A DNA stretch of 64,000 nucleotides from Bdellovibrionota bacterium (GTDB lineage: Bacteria; Bdellovibrionota; UBA2428). The notes beneath the pieces are model-generated. The model was not told the origin of the DNA. It saw only the letters and a program-made list of their open reading frames with translations, and did not search any database. Location of the stretch: positions 35,131 to 99,130 of the forward strand of contig JBGSZX010000063.1 in the NCBI GenBank assembly GCA_041750195.1, given 5' to 3'. The number at the start of each line of letters is the position of its first letter. Position 1 is the stretch's first letter. The position numbers and the translations under genes are program-made. Shown here one piece after another: positions 1-8,074 of this stretch.

Positions 1-2127
1 TTGATCAACAGAGGCTAAAATCTCTTTCAAAATTTCCTTTTGGAATTCTTGGTTTCGCATGTTTCCAGGTTTCCCAAAAAATGAGGGATTTTTAATTTGG
101 ATGTGAAGGCTTTTTTCAAAAATTGTTTTCACGACTTTTTCGTGTGCCTTCTTATAGCTTTGCTGAATCACTTCATCTTTCAGACGTGCTTCGTTAAGTC
201 TTTGGCTATTTGCTTTTAACGATACTTCCTGAGGACGAGATACTTTTGTACGAAGGATAAAGCTCAATGACTTTCGTTCTCGATCCACGAAATAAACTAA
301 ATTTGGATCTTCCCCACGATCGTTACCTGCCTTTACCAATTCTTCTGCAAATAACATTTGAAAAAGTTGAAGCGCACGGGATTGCTCCGGAGGGAGGAGT
401 GCCGTTGAGAGAACATCTGAATGTGTAATTGATTGAGCGACCAAGTTATAGTTGATGGAATCAGATACCTCTTTAGCGACCTTACTCATAAGACCTTTTC
501 TATTGTCACCAGCAGATAGGGCTTTGCCTACTTTTTCGGCAATATCATTTGCTGCTCGTTTGATGGACTCATCAGAAATTTCTTTTCCTTCGAGAGGGAT
601 ATCTATAATGTCAAAGGAAGCCGTTTTGGTAAAAGCCTTATGGTGCTTAAGTTGATTTTGCATTTGCTCCGACGTGACATATTGGTCTTGCATGTTGAGT
701 CTATCGAGCTCATTTAGTTCATTGGAGACTAGAGATATCATCATCTTGGTTCTGGTTCTCTCAAGGTATATTGAATTTAGCTTCGAGCGAATGGCCTCTA
801 AAAATGCGGTGTAATCTTTTGGAGCTTCCGGAAGCGTCATTGTAAAACCACTCCACTCAAATTGGCCGATTTTATTGTTTACGTCTTCTCTTGGGAAAAT
901 CACAAGCGCGGTTGTTCCAAAGTAGTGTTGGCTGTGTAATTTTCGGATTTCCTCAGACGCGGCATTGACAAGCGGTAGGCCCGTTAGGGGCACAGAAAAG
1001 GTGATTCTTTCTTGTTTGCCGCCAATAACAATTGAGATTTCTGACAAAGGAGAATTCACAGAAGCTTTGTAAGCCTGGGAGATTTCCTGATTGTAGATTC
1101 CTTTAATATAGTCAGAGTCGATTTTTAAAAAATTTCGGGCAATGAAGGCTTTGTAATAAGCTTCTGTGACATTCTTTCTGATGGTTTTTATGTCGTCAGA
1201 TTTATCGGCCCTAAGTGAAATATCTTGACTTCCAGCTTCTATGATTAACTTTCCATTTTTCTGAAGCTCTTCGGCTAGGTCGTTTATGATGCTTTTATAG
1301 TTTTTTTCGATGTATGAAAGACTAAGATAAGCAATATCCCTTTCGCTTAGGCGCTTTGAAAAATCTGGGATTCCTTGTCTCCATTCATTGTCGCCAAATT
1401 TAAAGACAAAATTGCAGCTTTCGCCTTTATCAATTTTGCTTTTGCAGGCGCTTTGCCAAATATTAAGGATTCGGTCATAAATTTCACTATAGCTTTCATT
1501 TTTATCTCGGCGGTCTTGTTCCATCAATGTTCGAACGACATGTGAAACTCGATAGTCAGGCACAGCTTCAAATTTGTTGTTGATAATCAACATACGATCA
1601 AGTTCAACGGCAAGCGCATAGCTTCCTAAGGTCAAAAGACGTTCATTGTCTGTGCTGCCTTTTCCCAAGCTTTGTTCTAATTCACGGGTTGTGATTGCAA
1701 CGCTTGCATTGGAAGTTAGAACGACTCCCGCCATTGAATTAACGAGCACTGGCTTTGCTCTGAGTGGTGCTTGGTCCTCCCATGCAGGAATATCGAGAAG
1801 GGGAATCCCAATATCGAAAGCCAGTTCAGCTTTTGGAGCTGATTCTGCTGAAGGCTTGGGAGGGAGGACCATGGAATTATCTAAAAGAGAGGAATAGCTG
1901 ACGCCTCCCAAAGCGTTTGAATCCAATTGAGTAGGCCCAGAAGAGAGCTTATCTGTATATAGGTCTGTATATATATGACTATGGCTAGTCGGAACGGGCG
2001 TCTCAGCATTCACGTTATTGCTTTCACCCCCGATGCAGGCGCTAAGCGCTAAAATAGGGAGTCCTCTGTAAATTGCTTTTACACTGAAAGGGCTTCTGCG
2101 GGGGATATAATGGCGTCTCATTCTCAT
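1..2127 (-). CDS. Large hypothetical lipoprotein, >=709 aa, runs off the window start (absent from the ORF track)
   Basis: Manual translation from ATG at 2127: MRMRRHYIPRRSPFSVKAIYRGLPILALSAC (lipobox LSAC). No in-frame stop in the stretches translated; the frame ends at position 1 as ...KEILASVDQ. Confidence 0.75.
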   Translation of the reverse strand, partial: MRMRRHYIPRRSPFSVKAIYRGLPILALSACIGGESNNVNAETPVPTSHSHIYTDLYTDKLSSGPTQLDSNALGGVSYSSLLDNSMVLPPKPSAESAPKAELAFDIGIPLLDIPAWEDQAPLRAKPVLVNSMAGVVLTSNASVAITTRELEQSLGKGSTDNERLLTLGSYALAVELDRMLIINNKFEAVPDYRVSHVVRTLMEQDRRDKNESYSEIYDRILNIWQSACKSKIDKGESCNFVFKFGDNEWRQGIPDFSKRLSERDIAYLSLSYIEKNYKSIINDLAEELQKNGKLIIEAGSQDISLRADKSDDIKTIRKNVTEAYYKAFIARNFLKIDSDYIKGIYNQEISQAYKASVNSPLSEISIVIGGKQERITFSVPLTGLPLVNAASEEIRKLHSQHYFGTTALVIFPREDVNNKIGQFEWSGFTMTLPEAPKDYTAFLEAIRSKLNSIYLERTRTKMMISLVSNELNELDRLNMQDQYVTSEQMQNQLKHHKAFTKTASFDIIDIPLEGKEISDESIKRAANDIAEKVGKALSAGDNRKGLMSKVAKEVSDSINYNLVAQSITHSDVLSTALLPPEQSRALQLFQMLFAEELVKAGNDRGEDPNLVYFVDRERKSLSFILRTKVSRPQEVSLKANSQRLNEARLKDEVIQQSYKKAHEKVVKTIFEKSLHIQIKNPSFFGKPGNMRNQEFQKEILKEILASVDQ

Positions 2128-2139
2128 GGGGTATTGAGA

Positions 2140-2156
2140 AGCAAACTATGAGCCAG
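2140..2156 (-). promoter_or_regulatory. Putative sigma54 (-24/-12) promoter of the large lipoprotein gene
   Basis: Minus strand CTGGCTC-ATAGT-TTGCT matches TGGCAC-N5-TTGC with exact GG-N10-GC spacing, about 13 nt before the ATG. Confidence 0.5.
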
Positions 2157-2352
2157 AATAGGCCGGCGAATGCTAACGTCGCGCCTGTGCCGCATTTTGT
2201 CGTTAAGTGTGAATTTGTTTAACACATTCTCGACAGGTAAAAGTGAGGCGTCGTGAATAAAGCCGCGATCTTAGCGATTTGAGCTTTGTTGCGAGTCCGT
2301 TACCAAAATGTACACCTTCTAAATTTGGGTTTGAGTCATTCATACCCTGAGC

Positions 2353-2369
2353 TTGGCACGTATGCTGCT
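2353..2369 (+). promoter_or_regulatory. Putative sigma54 promoter of the porin-like gene
   Basis: TTGGCAC-GTATG-CTGCT, GG-N10-GC spacing, 45 nt upstream of an ATG that has an AGGAGG SD. Confidence 0.55.
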
Positions 2370-2413
2370 CAAGCTCTTGCGTGCGCAACGAACACGCGTA
2401 TTAGGAGGAACTT

Positions 2414-3562
2414 ATGAAAAATAATTTTAAACTATGGAGTGCAACTGCTTTTTTAGCCTTGGCTGGAATCGCGGGAGCCGCAAATGCTGCGAGCATTGAA
2501 ACTTCACAAAACAAAACGACATCGGCTTGGGCTATTTCGGTAGATGCATCAGCAACAGTTGTTGGAAGCAATTCCGGAGCCATCATTAATGATGGTGGAG
2601 CTGCCGATGAAACTGATTATTTTGTGGATAAGCCAATCATGGCCGTCAAGGTGACATCTCCCAACGGTGTTATCGAATTCGAAGGCGTCTTTGATTTGGA
2701 AACTATTACTCGCAGAAACATAAATCTAAATGGATCTGACGAAAAATATTCTAGTCTTGATGGAACACCTGCTCGACACATCCTTCAAGAACTTACTGCA
2801 AAGTATGCAGCTTCAGAAAGTCTTTATGTGAAAGCCGGATTGGGAACTGTTGCTTATATGGAAAAAGAAAGAAGCACTTTTGCGACTCGCCCCCTGCAAA
2901 ATTCTTCTCAAATTCGTGAACGTCTTTTTGCTGAAGTTGGTTATGTCTTAAAGGATAGCGGAACTAAAGTAATGGTTTCTATCTTTGATGGAACTGAACA
3001 AAAAGCAGTTGATTTGATGGATGATTTCAGCATCCGGGACTTCGCTCAAATTCAAGATTTAAATGATCGTTCTGCGACATCTGCAAGTTTGGCTGCGCGA
3101 GTTGAGCAGGCTATCGGAAAAACAGGTCTAACTGCTGGAGTTGGTTTTGCGCAAATCAATAACTACGACAACGCTGGCTCTGACCAACAACGATTGGCTT
3201 TATCTCTTAAAGCTCAATACATGGTTTCTAGCTGGGCTGTTACTGGACTCGTTCAGTTTGTTCAGACTTTCGATGCTGTCGATTTAAGATCTACAGTTGC
3301 TGAAGTTACTGCTTCAAACGGAAAGTTGACTGCGTATCTTCGTGGAGAGTGGGCAGAAACTTCTGAGAATTCAGCAGATGACGAATACCGAGCGACTTTA
3401 GGAGTGCAATACGATTTGGTTGATTCGGCTGCGGCTAAAATCAGTCCATTCGTTGAATTGCTTGCTGAAGACCGTGAAGGTGATAACAACATGAATCTCG
3501 GAGCTCTTGCTGGAATTAGAATTACAGGCGGAACTTCTCAAATTGCAAACAAATCAGAGTAA
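2414..3562 (+). CDS. Secreted outer-membrane beta-barrel/porin-like protein
   Basis: Sec signal (AGAANA), many alternating amphipathic beta-strands (e.g. RLALSLKAQY, YRATLGVQYDL), strong SD, own terminator. Confidence 0.6.
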   Translation: MKNNFKLWSATAFLALAGIAGAANAASIETSQNKTTSAWAISVDASATVVGSNSGAIINDGGAADETDYFVDKPIMAVKVTSPNGVIEFEGVFDLETITRRNINLNGSDEKYSSLDGTPARHILQELTAKYAASESLYVKAGLGTVAYMEKERSTFATRPLQNSSQIRERLFAEVGYVLKDSGTKVMVSIFDGTEQKAVDLMDDFSIRDFAQIQDLNDRSATSASLAARVEQAIGKTGLTAGVGFAQINNYDNAGSDQQRLALSLKAQYMVSSWAVTGLVQFVQTFDAVDLRSTVAEVTASNGKLTAYLRGEWAETSENSADDEYRATLGVQYDLVDSAAAKISPFVELLAEDREGDNNMNLGALAGIRITGGTSQIANKSE

Positions 3563-3629
3563 TCGCACCTGAGATTATTGGTCACATTGTTTTATGTGAA
3601 TTGAATGGTTTCGGTATTCTGAAATGTGG

Positions 3630-3667
3630 AAGCCCCCTAGGACACGTATGTCCTAGGGGGCTTTTTT
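3630..3667 (+). terminator. Rho-independent terminator between the convergent porin-like and flagellin genes
   Basis: Perfect 15-bp stem AAGCCCCCTAGGACA/TGTCCTAGGGGGCTT, 4-nt loop, T-tract. Confidence 0.9.
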
Positions 3668-3691
3668 AATGGTTATTGTTTCGGGTTAAGA

Positions 3692-4525
3692 TTACTGTAC
3701 AAGTCTAAGAGCGATGGCAGTATTCTGGTTTGCTTGAGCCAAGACCGAAGTCGAAGCTTGAGTTTTCACAGAGTCACGAGCCATGTCAGCACTTACTGCA
3801 GCAAAGTCAGCATCTTTGATACGTGATACAGCGGCAGTAAAGTTCTCAACAGCTACTTCAGTGTTATTGATTGTAGATTGTAATCTATTTTGCAATGCAC
3901 CTAGGTTAGAGCGGTTAGAGTTAAGAACAGTAAAAGAGTTATCAAGACTTTCTAATCCAGTCTGAGCTGACTCTTTGCTTGAGATATCGATCCCTGACAA
4001 TCCCAAGTTGTCCAACGTTACGTTGGTTTCGCCTGGATTGTAGCTAATACGGTCAAGGAATTCGTTGTTTTTAGTACCAATTTGGAAATCAAGCTTTTCG
4101 CCTGAACCGTTTAGAAGAGCTTGCCCGTTGTATTCTGTAGATTGAGCAATACGCTCAACTTCTAGTTTCAACTGTTGTGCTTCTCGGTCTAGGTAACCAC
4201 GTTCTTTATTTCCGATAGTGTCAGAAGCAGCTTGTACACTTAGTTCTCTAAGTCGAACAATCATATTTCCAACTTCATTCATCGCGCCTTCCGCAACTTG
4301 AATGAATGAGATACCGTCTTGAGCGTTTCGTTGAGCTTGTTTAAAGCTTCTTACGCTACCATTTAAGTTTTCACTAATAGCAAGACCAGCAGCATCGTCC
4401 GCTGATTTGTTAATGCGTGAGCCCGAAGCGAGCTTTTCGTTTGATTCCGCTAGAGTTGATTGAGTTTTTCTCAATTGTCTTTGAGCGTTCACAGAAAGCA
4501 TGTTTGTATTAATTCTCATTCCCAT
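3692..4525 (-). CDS. fliC: Flagellin (short, 277 aa)
   Basis: N-terminal MRINTN...LASGSRINKSADDAAGLAISE and C-terminal RSNLGALQNRL...SRIKDADFA...LAQANQ flagellin motifs. Confidence 0.97.
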   Translation of the reverse strand: MGMRINTNMLSVNAQRQLRKTQSTLAESNEKLASGSRINKSADDAAGLAISENLNGSVRSFKQAQRNAQDGISFIQVAEGAMNEVGNMIVRLRELSVQAASDTIGNKERGYLDREAQQLKLEVERIAQSTEYNGQALLNGSGEKLDFQIGTKNNEFLDRISYNPGETNVTLDNLGLSGIDISSKESAQTGLESLDNSFTVLNSNRSNLGALQNRLQSTINNTEVAVENFTAAVSRIKDADFAAVSADMARDSVKTQASTSVLAQANQNTAIALRLVQ

Positions 4526-4528
4526 TTG

Positions 4529-4549
4529 TTAATCTCCTTCAAAATTCAT
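4529..4549 (-). CDS. Putative 6-aa uORF (MNFEGD) in the flagellin leader
   Basis: AGGAGG 5 nt before ATG AAT TTT GAA GGA GAT TAA; it contains the flagellin SD (GAAGGAGA) and stops 3 nt before the flagellin ATG. Confidence 0.35.
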   Translation of the reverse strand: MNFEGD

Positions 4550-4835
4550 ATGGACCTCCTTGTTTAATAAAGTTCTTCGAGTTGCCGCTCTCAGAGCTTT
4601 TCGGCCTCCTTGGCCTTTTTGTGTCAGTTACAAAGTTATAGTTATTGTTTCGGGTTTATTTTTGACTTGCTAATTTCTAGTCCGGATGAATTTCCGCTGA
4701 AATTAGCGTCCATCCTTGAGTTTCGAACCTGGTTCGTCTGTCGTCCTCCCCTTTCTCTTCGTGACTGACCCGGAATGAAATCGCGGGACACGCTTCGCTT
4801 CCCGTTATTAGGAAGAATCGCGATGCACATTCACT

Positions 4836-4863
4836 AAATCGGAATATTGACGCTGGACTTTAG
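4836..4863 (-). promoter_or_regulatory. sigma28/FliA-type promoter for flagellin
   Basis: Minus strand CTAAAG-N14-TCCGATTT versus consensus TAAAG-N14-GCCGATAA. Confidence 0.7.
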
Positions 4864-4880
4864 CGAAAAGTGCAATTATC

Positions 4881-4908
4881 TTGACTACTTGCAGTGCGTT
4901 ATTATGAT
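4881..4908 (+). promoter_or_regulatory. sigma70-like promoter of the rsmH-ftsL-ftsI-murE operon
   Basis: TTGACT-N16-TATGAT upstream of the ATG at 4933. Confidence 0.5.
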
Positions 4909-4932
4909 GCAATGCAGAAAGGTGCTGATTTC

Positions 4933-5811
4933 ATGACGCTTGTTCATGTCCCTGTCATGCTTGATGAGATTCTAAAAAATCTACCAGAAGTATCAGAGGG
5001 TCGATATTTAGATGTAACTGCCGGTGGAGGTGGACACTTAAGCCAAGTTCTTCTCGCCAAAAATTTGTGGAAGGCGCAAGCGTGGGATCGAGATCCTGAC
5101 GCTAGGGCGAGAGTCGAAAAACGTTTGCTTGACGAAGGTCTTGATGTGCAACGATTAAAATTTTTTAAGAAAGATTTTGCCCAAGCGCCAGAGGCAAACG
5201 ATTTTTTTAATTTTATTCTTGCCGATCTTGGAGTTTCTTCTTTTCAGTTAGATGACATGTCTCGTGGAATGAGTTTGCGCTCGGAAGAGGCCTTGGACTT
5301 TCGGATGAATCCAGGTGAAGGGCCAGATTTTCTAAGCTGGCTTCGCGCGTGTGGAGAATCCAAGCTCGCTGAGTGCTTCTATCGTTACGCGGAAGAGCCC
5401 AGGGCGAAGCCTCTTGCTCGTAATATGCTCGCTTGGGACGCTAGTATCTTTGTGAATGCAAAAACTTTTGCGGCAAAAATAGCCTCATATTTCAACTATC
5501 GTGACCCTAGTCGTAAGCACCCAGCCACTAGAATATTTCAGGCGCTTCGAATTGCCATCAATGATGAGCTGGGACAATTAGAGAGTTTGTTGGATTGGGC
5601 TCCATCCCACTTAGAAAAAGGTGGCCGCTTGGCCATTCTTAGTTTTCATTCCCTTGAGGATAGGCTTGTTAAGCAAGCGTTCAAAAAATTGGCGGATAGC
5701 GGAGACTACATTTCGCTCTATAAAAGGCCATTAGGACCCACGCCACTTGAGTCGCAGAAAAATCCACGATCAAGGAGCGCAAAACTTAGAGTTTTGGAGA
5801 GATGTTGGTAG
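4933..5811 (+). CDS. rsmH: 16S rRNA m4C1402 methyltransferase RsmH (MraW)
   Basis: HVPVML, DVTAGGGGH, DLGVSSFQLD, FQALRIAINDEL, SFHSLEDRLVK, NPRSRSAKLR motifs; start placed at MTLVHVPV. Confidence 0.96.
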   Translation: MTLVHVPVMLDEILKNLPEVSEGRYLDVTAGGGGHLSQVLLAKNLWKAQAWDRDPDARARVEKRLLDEGLDVQRLKFFKKDFAQAPEANDFFNFILADLGVSSFQLDDMSRGMSLRSEEALDFRMNPGEGPDFLSWLRACGESKLAECFYRYAEEPRAKPLARNMLAWDASIFVNAKTFAAKIASYFNYRDPSRKHPATRIFQALRIAINDELGQLESLLDWAPSHLEKGGRLAILSFHSLEDRLVKQAFKKLADSGDYISLYKRPLGPTPLESQKNPRSRSAKLRVLERCW

Positions 5812-5825
5812 ACTAGACTAGGGAC

Positions 5826-6161
5826 ATGGGGCACCTAGTATCACAGAATCAAGGTCATTCGGGAGCCGGGAAGATTTTCCTGGTTTTGACGTTATGTGCA
5901 TTGTCCTTTCTTTTGCATGCTTGGCTGCGAACCAAAGTCATCACTTCAAGTTTCGAAGTTGCCGAAAGGCGCAAACAAAAAAACTCATTAGAATCTCAAC
6001 TTATCGACTTAAAGGTCACCTATGCCAAACTTCTGGATGACAAAAATTTACTCAAACTCAAACAAAATTTGGGACGTGATGAAGAGTGGAAGATGGCAGA
6101 TGTCGAGAAAATTATATTTTTAGAAATCGATCATGAGTCGCCAGAAAGTTTCCATCCATGA
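5826..6161 (+). CDS. ftsL: Cell division protein FtsL-like
   Basis: Single TM helix plus coiled coil, located between rsmH and ftsI. Confidence 0.7.
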   Translation: MGHLVSQNQGHSGAGKIFLVLTLCALSFLLHAWLRTKVITSSFEVAERRKQKNSLESQLIDLKVTYAKLLDDKNLLKLKQNLGRDEEWKMADVEKIIFLEIDHESPESFHP

Positions 6162-8074
6162 TCAAGTTTAGGATCTATTTTCTGTTGAGTATTTTTGGAA
6201 TAGCTTCGCTTCTTCTAATATATAGAGCGGTCCAACTACAGCTTCTTCCCAGTCGACACGTAGAGCGCTTGGCCCGAAGACAACTTAATAAAACGATAAG
6301 CATTGTAGGAAGGCGAGGGGACTTAAGGGATAGAAACGGTCAAGATTTGGCTATTTCGACTAATTCCCTTTCTATTTATCTTAATCCCCAGCAGATTGTG
6401 GACTTTAGCAAAGTCGCAAAAAGTCTTTCTCGAGTCTTAGGGGTTTCTGGGAGTGAGCTCGAAAAAAGAATTCGTAAACTTAAATCTAAAAAGTTTGTTT
6501 GGTTGCAGCGACAGCTTAATTCCGAACAATTGTTTCGATTGCGTAGCTTAGAATTAAAAGATTTCCCGGGAGTTGGAATTTTACCTGAGTTTCGACGGAT
6601 TTATCCTTATAATGAAACAGCTTCGCATCTTTTGGGATTTGTCTCGATTGACGGTAAGGGGCTCTCGGGGGTAGAGGCGGCACAAGAGCTAAGGCTCACG
6701 GGTGAATCTAGAGAGGTTATTGTTCCTCGGGATGCTCGTGGTCGGCCGCTGTTTAACCATACTGAACAGCTGAGGCTCGAAGATACCAAAGGTGAAGACC
6801 TTCAACTCTCGCTGGACATCAATTTTCAGGGCAGAGTTGAGTCCCTACTTGCGAATGCAATAGATTTTCATAAAGCAGATTCAGCCATGGCATTGGTTAT
6901 GAATCCAGAATCCGGGGAGCTATTGGCCTGGGCTCTTTCTCCCGGGTTTGACCCAAATCAAGCTGGGCACTTTTCGATAAATTCGCGCAGGAACCGAGTG
7001 ATTGCAGACCCTATTGAGCCGGGGAGTGTTGTGAAGCCTTTTTTGGTAGCCCGCGCTCTTGAGGATAAACTTGTTTCTCCCTCGAGTCTCATACCCGCGG
7101 GAGACGGCAAGCTCAAAATCGGGAACAAGGTCATCACGGATTCTGAAAGCAAACATTATTTTAAGGAGATATCCATTCGAGATCTCATAAAATTTTCAAG
7201 CAATGTGGCCACTGTAAATTTGCAAAAAATGATGGGATTTTCCCGAGTCGAAAGCGTCTATAAAGACATCGGGTTTTTTGAAAAAACCGGAGTAGCGATT
7301 CATGGAGAATCTAAGGGGATATATCACTCGCCAAGCTCCAAACAAAAACTTGAACAAGCGACAATAAGCTACGGACATGGAATCGCGGTAACTCCACTTC
7401 AGGTGCTGGTAGCCTATTCCATATTTGCCAACGGTGGTTATAAGGTAAAACCAAAAATATTTCGTTCAAGAGAAATTGAAGTTAAAAACGAATCTCAGCG
7501 AATATTTTCAAAACGTACTTTGAAGCAAATGAACGAGATATTAAAAAGAGTTGCTGAAAAGGGTGGAACTGGTGAAGCGGCCAATGTCCCTGGCTTCAAG
7601 GTTGCGGGAAAAACTGGGACGGCTCTAAAAACAAAAACGGATGGAAAAGGTTATGTCTCGGGGGCGTATGTTTCATCATTTGCAGGCTATTTCCCCGCAG
7701 ATAAGCCCGAGATCGTCGCTTACGTTGTCGTGGATAACCCAAGAGAAAATGGGAAATATGCATCACAGGTCGCTGCGCCTCTGTTTGCTGAAATTGCAAA
7801 ATCTTATCTTTCAATCGTAAAAAGAGATCGCTCTGAACAAATTGTAGCGAAGGCAGTATTGAGAACTTCGAACAAAACTCAAAATCCAAAAACTATTGGG
7901 GTCCAAGATGAACAGATGCCGACCCTAAGAGGAATGAACCTGGTCACGGCCTTAAAAATGCTCGAAGATAAACCAGTTCGGGTTCAAATTGAGGGCGAAG
8001 GACTTTGGGTTGAGGATCAGATCATTAAAAAGCAAAAAAACGGAAAAGATATCGTGGAGCTTTGGATGCGCTAA
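6158..8074 (+). CDS. ftsI: Class B penicillin-binding protein FtsI/PBP3 with C-terminal PASTA-like region
   Basis: RGDLRDRNG, EPGSVVK (SxxK), SSN, AGKTGT motifs; dcw context. Confidence 0.93.
   Translation: MIKFRIYFLLSIFGIASLLLIYRAVQLQLLPSRHVERLARRQLNKTISIVGRRGDLRDRNGQDLAISTNSLSIYLNPQQIVDFSKVAKSLSRVLGVSGSELEKRIRKLKSKKFVWLQRQLNSEQLFRLRSLELKDFPGVGILPEFRRIYPYNETASHLLGFVSIDGKGLSGVEAAQELRLTGESREVIVPRDARGRPLFNHTEQLRLEDTKGEDLQLSLDINFQGRVESLLANAIDFHKADSAMALVMNPESGELLAWALSPGFDPNQAGHFSINSRRNRVIADPIEPGSVVKPFLVARALEDKLVSPSSLIPAGDGKLKIGNKVITDSESKHYFKEISIRDLIKFSSNVATVNLQKMMGFSRVESVYKDIGFFEKTGVAIHGESKGIYHSPSSKQKLEQATISYGHGIAVTPLQVLVAYSIFANGGYKVKPKIFRSREIEVKNESQRIFSKRTLKQMNEILKRVAEKGGTGEAANVPGFKVAGKTGTALKTKTDGKGYVSGAYVSSFAGYFPADKPEIVAYVVVDNPRENGKYASQVAAPLFAEIAKSYLSIVKRDRSEQIVAKAVLRTSNKTQNPKTIGVQDEQMPTLRGMNLVTALKMLEDKPVRVQIEGEGLWVEDQIIKKQKNGKDIVELWMR

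Larger units (their letters stand above)
3672..4656. repeat. 16-bp direct repeat GTTATTGTTTCGGGTT flanking flagellin (copies at 3672-3687 and 4641-4656)
   Basis: Two identical 16-mers seen directly in the sequence, 969 bp apart. Confidence 0.9.

Noticed and set aside
452-1897. Short plus-strand ORFs (452-655, 1646-1897) and the many other antisense or nested ORFs in the track
   Set aside because: They are shadows of longer, well-supported genes on the opposite strand or frame.
4642-4830. 62-aa ORF in the flagellin leader
   Set aside because: Starts at the predicted TSS, has no recognisable features, and the region is better explained as structured RNA; a leaderless peptide cannot be fully excluded.
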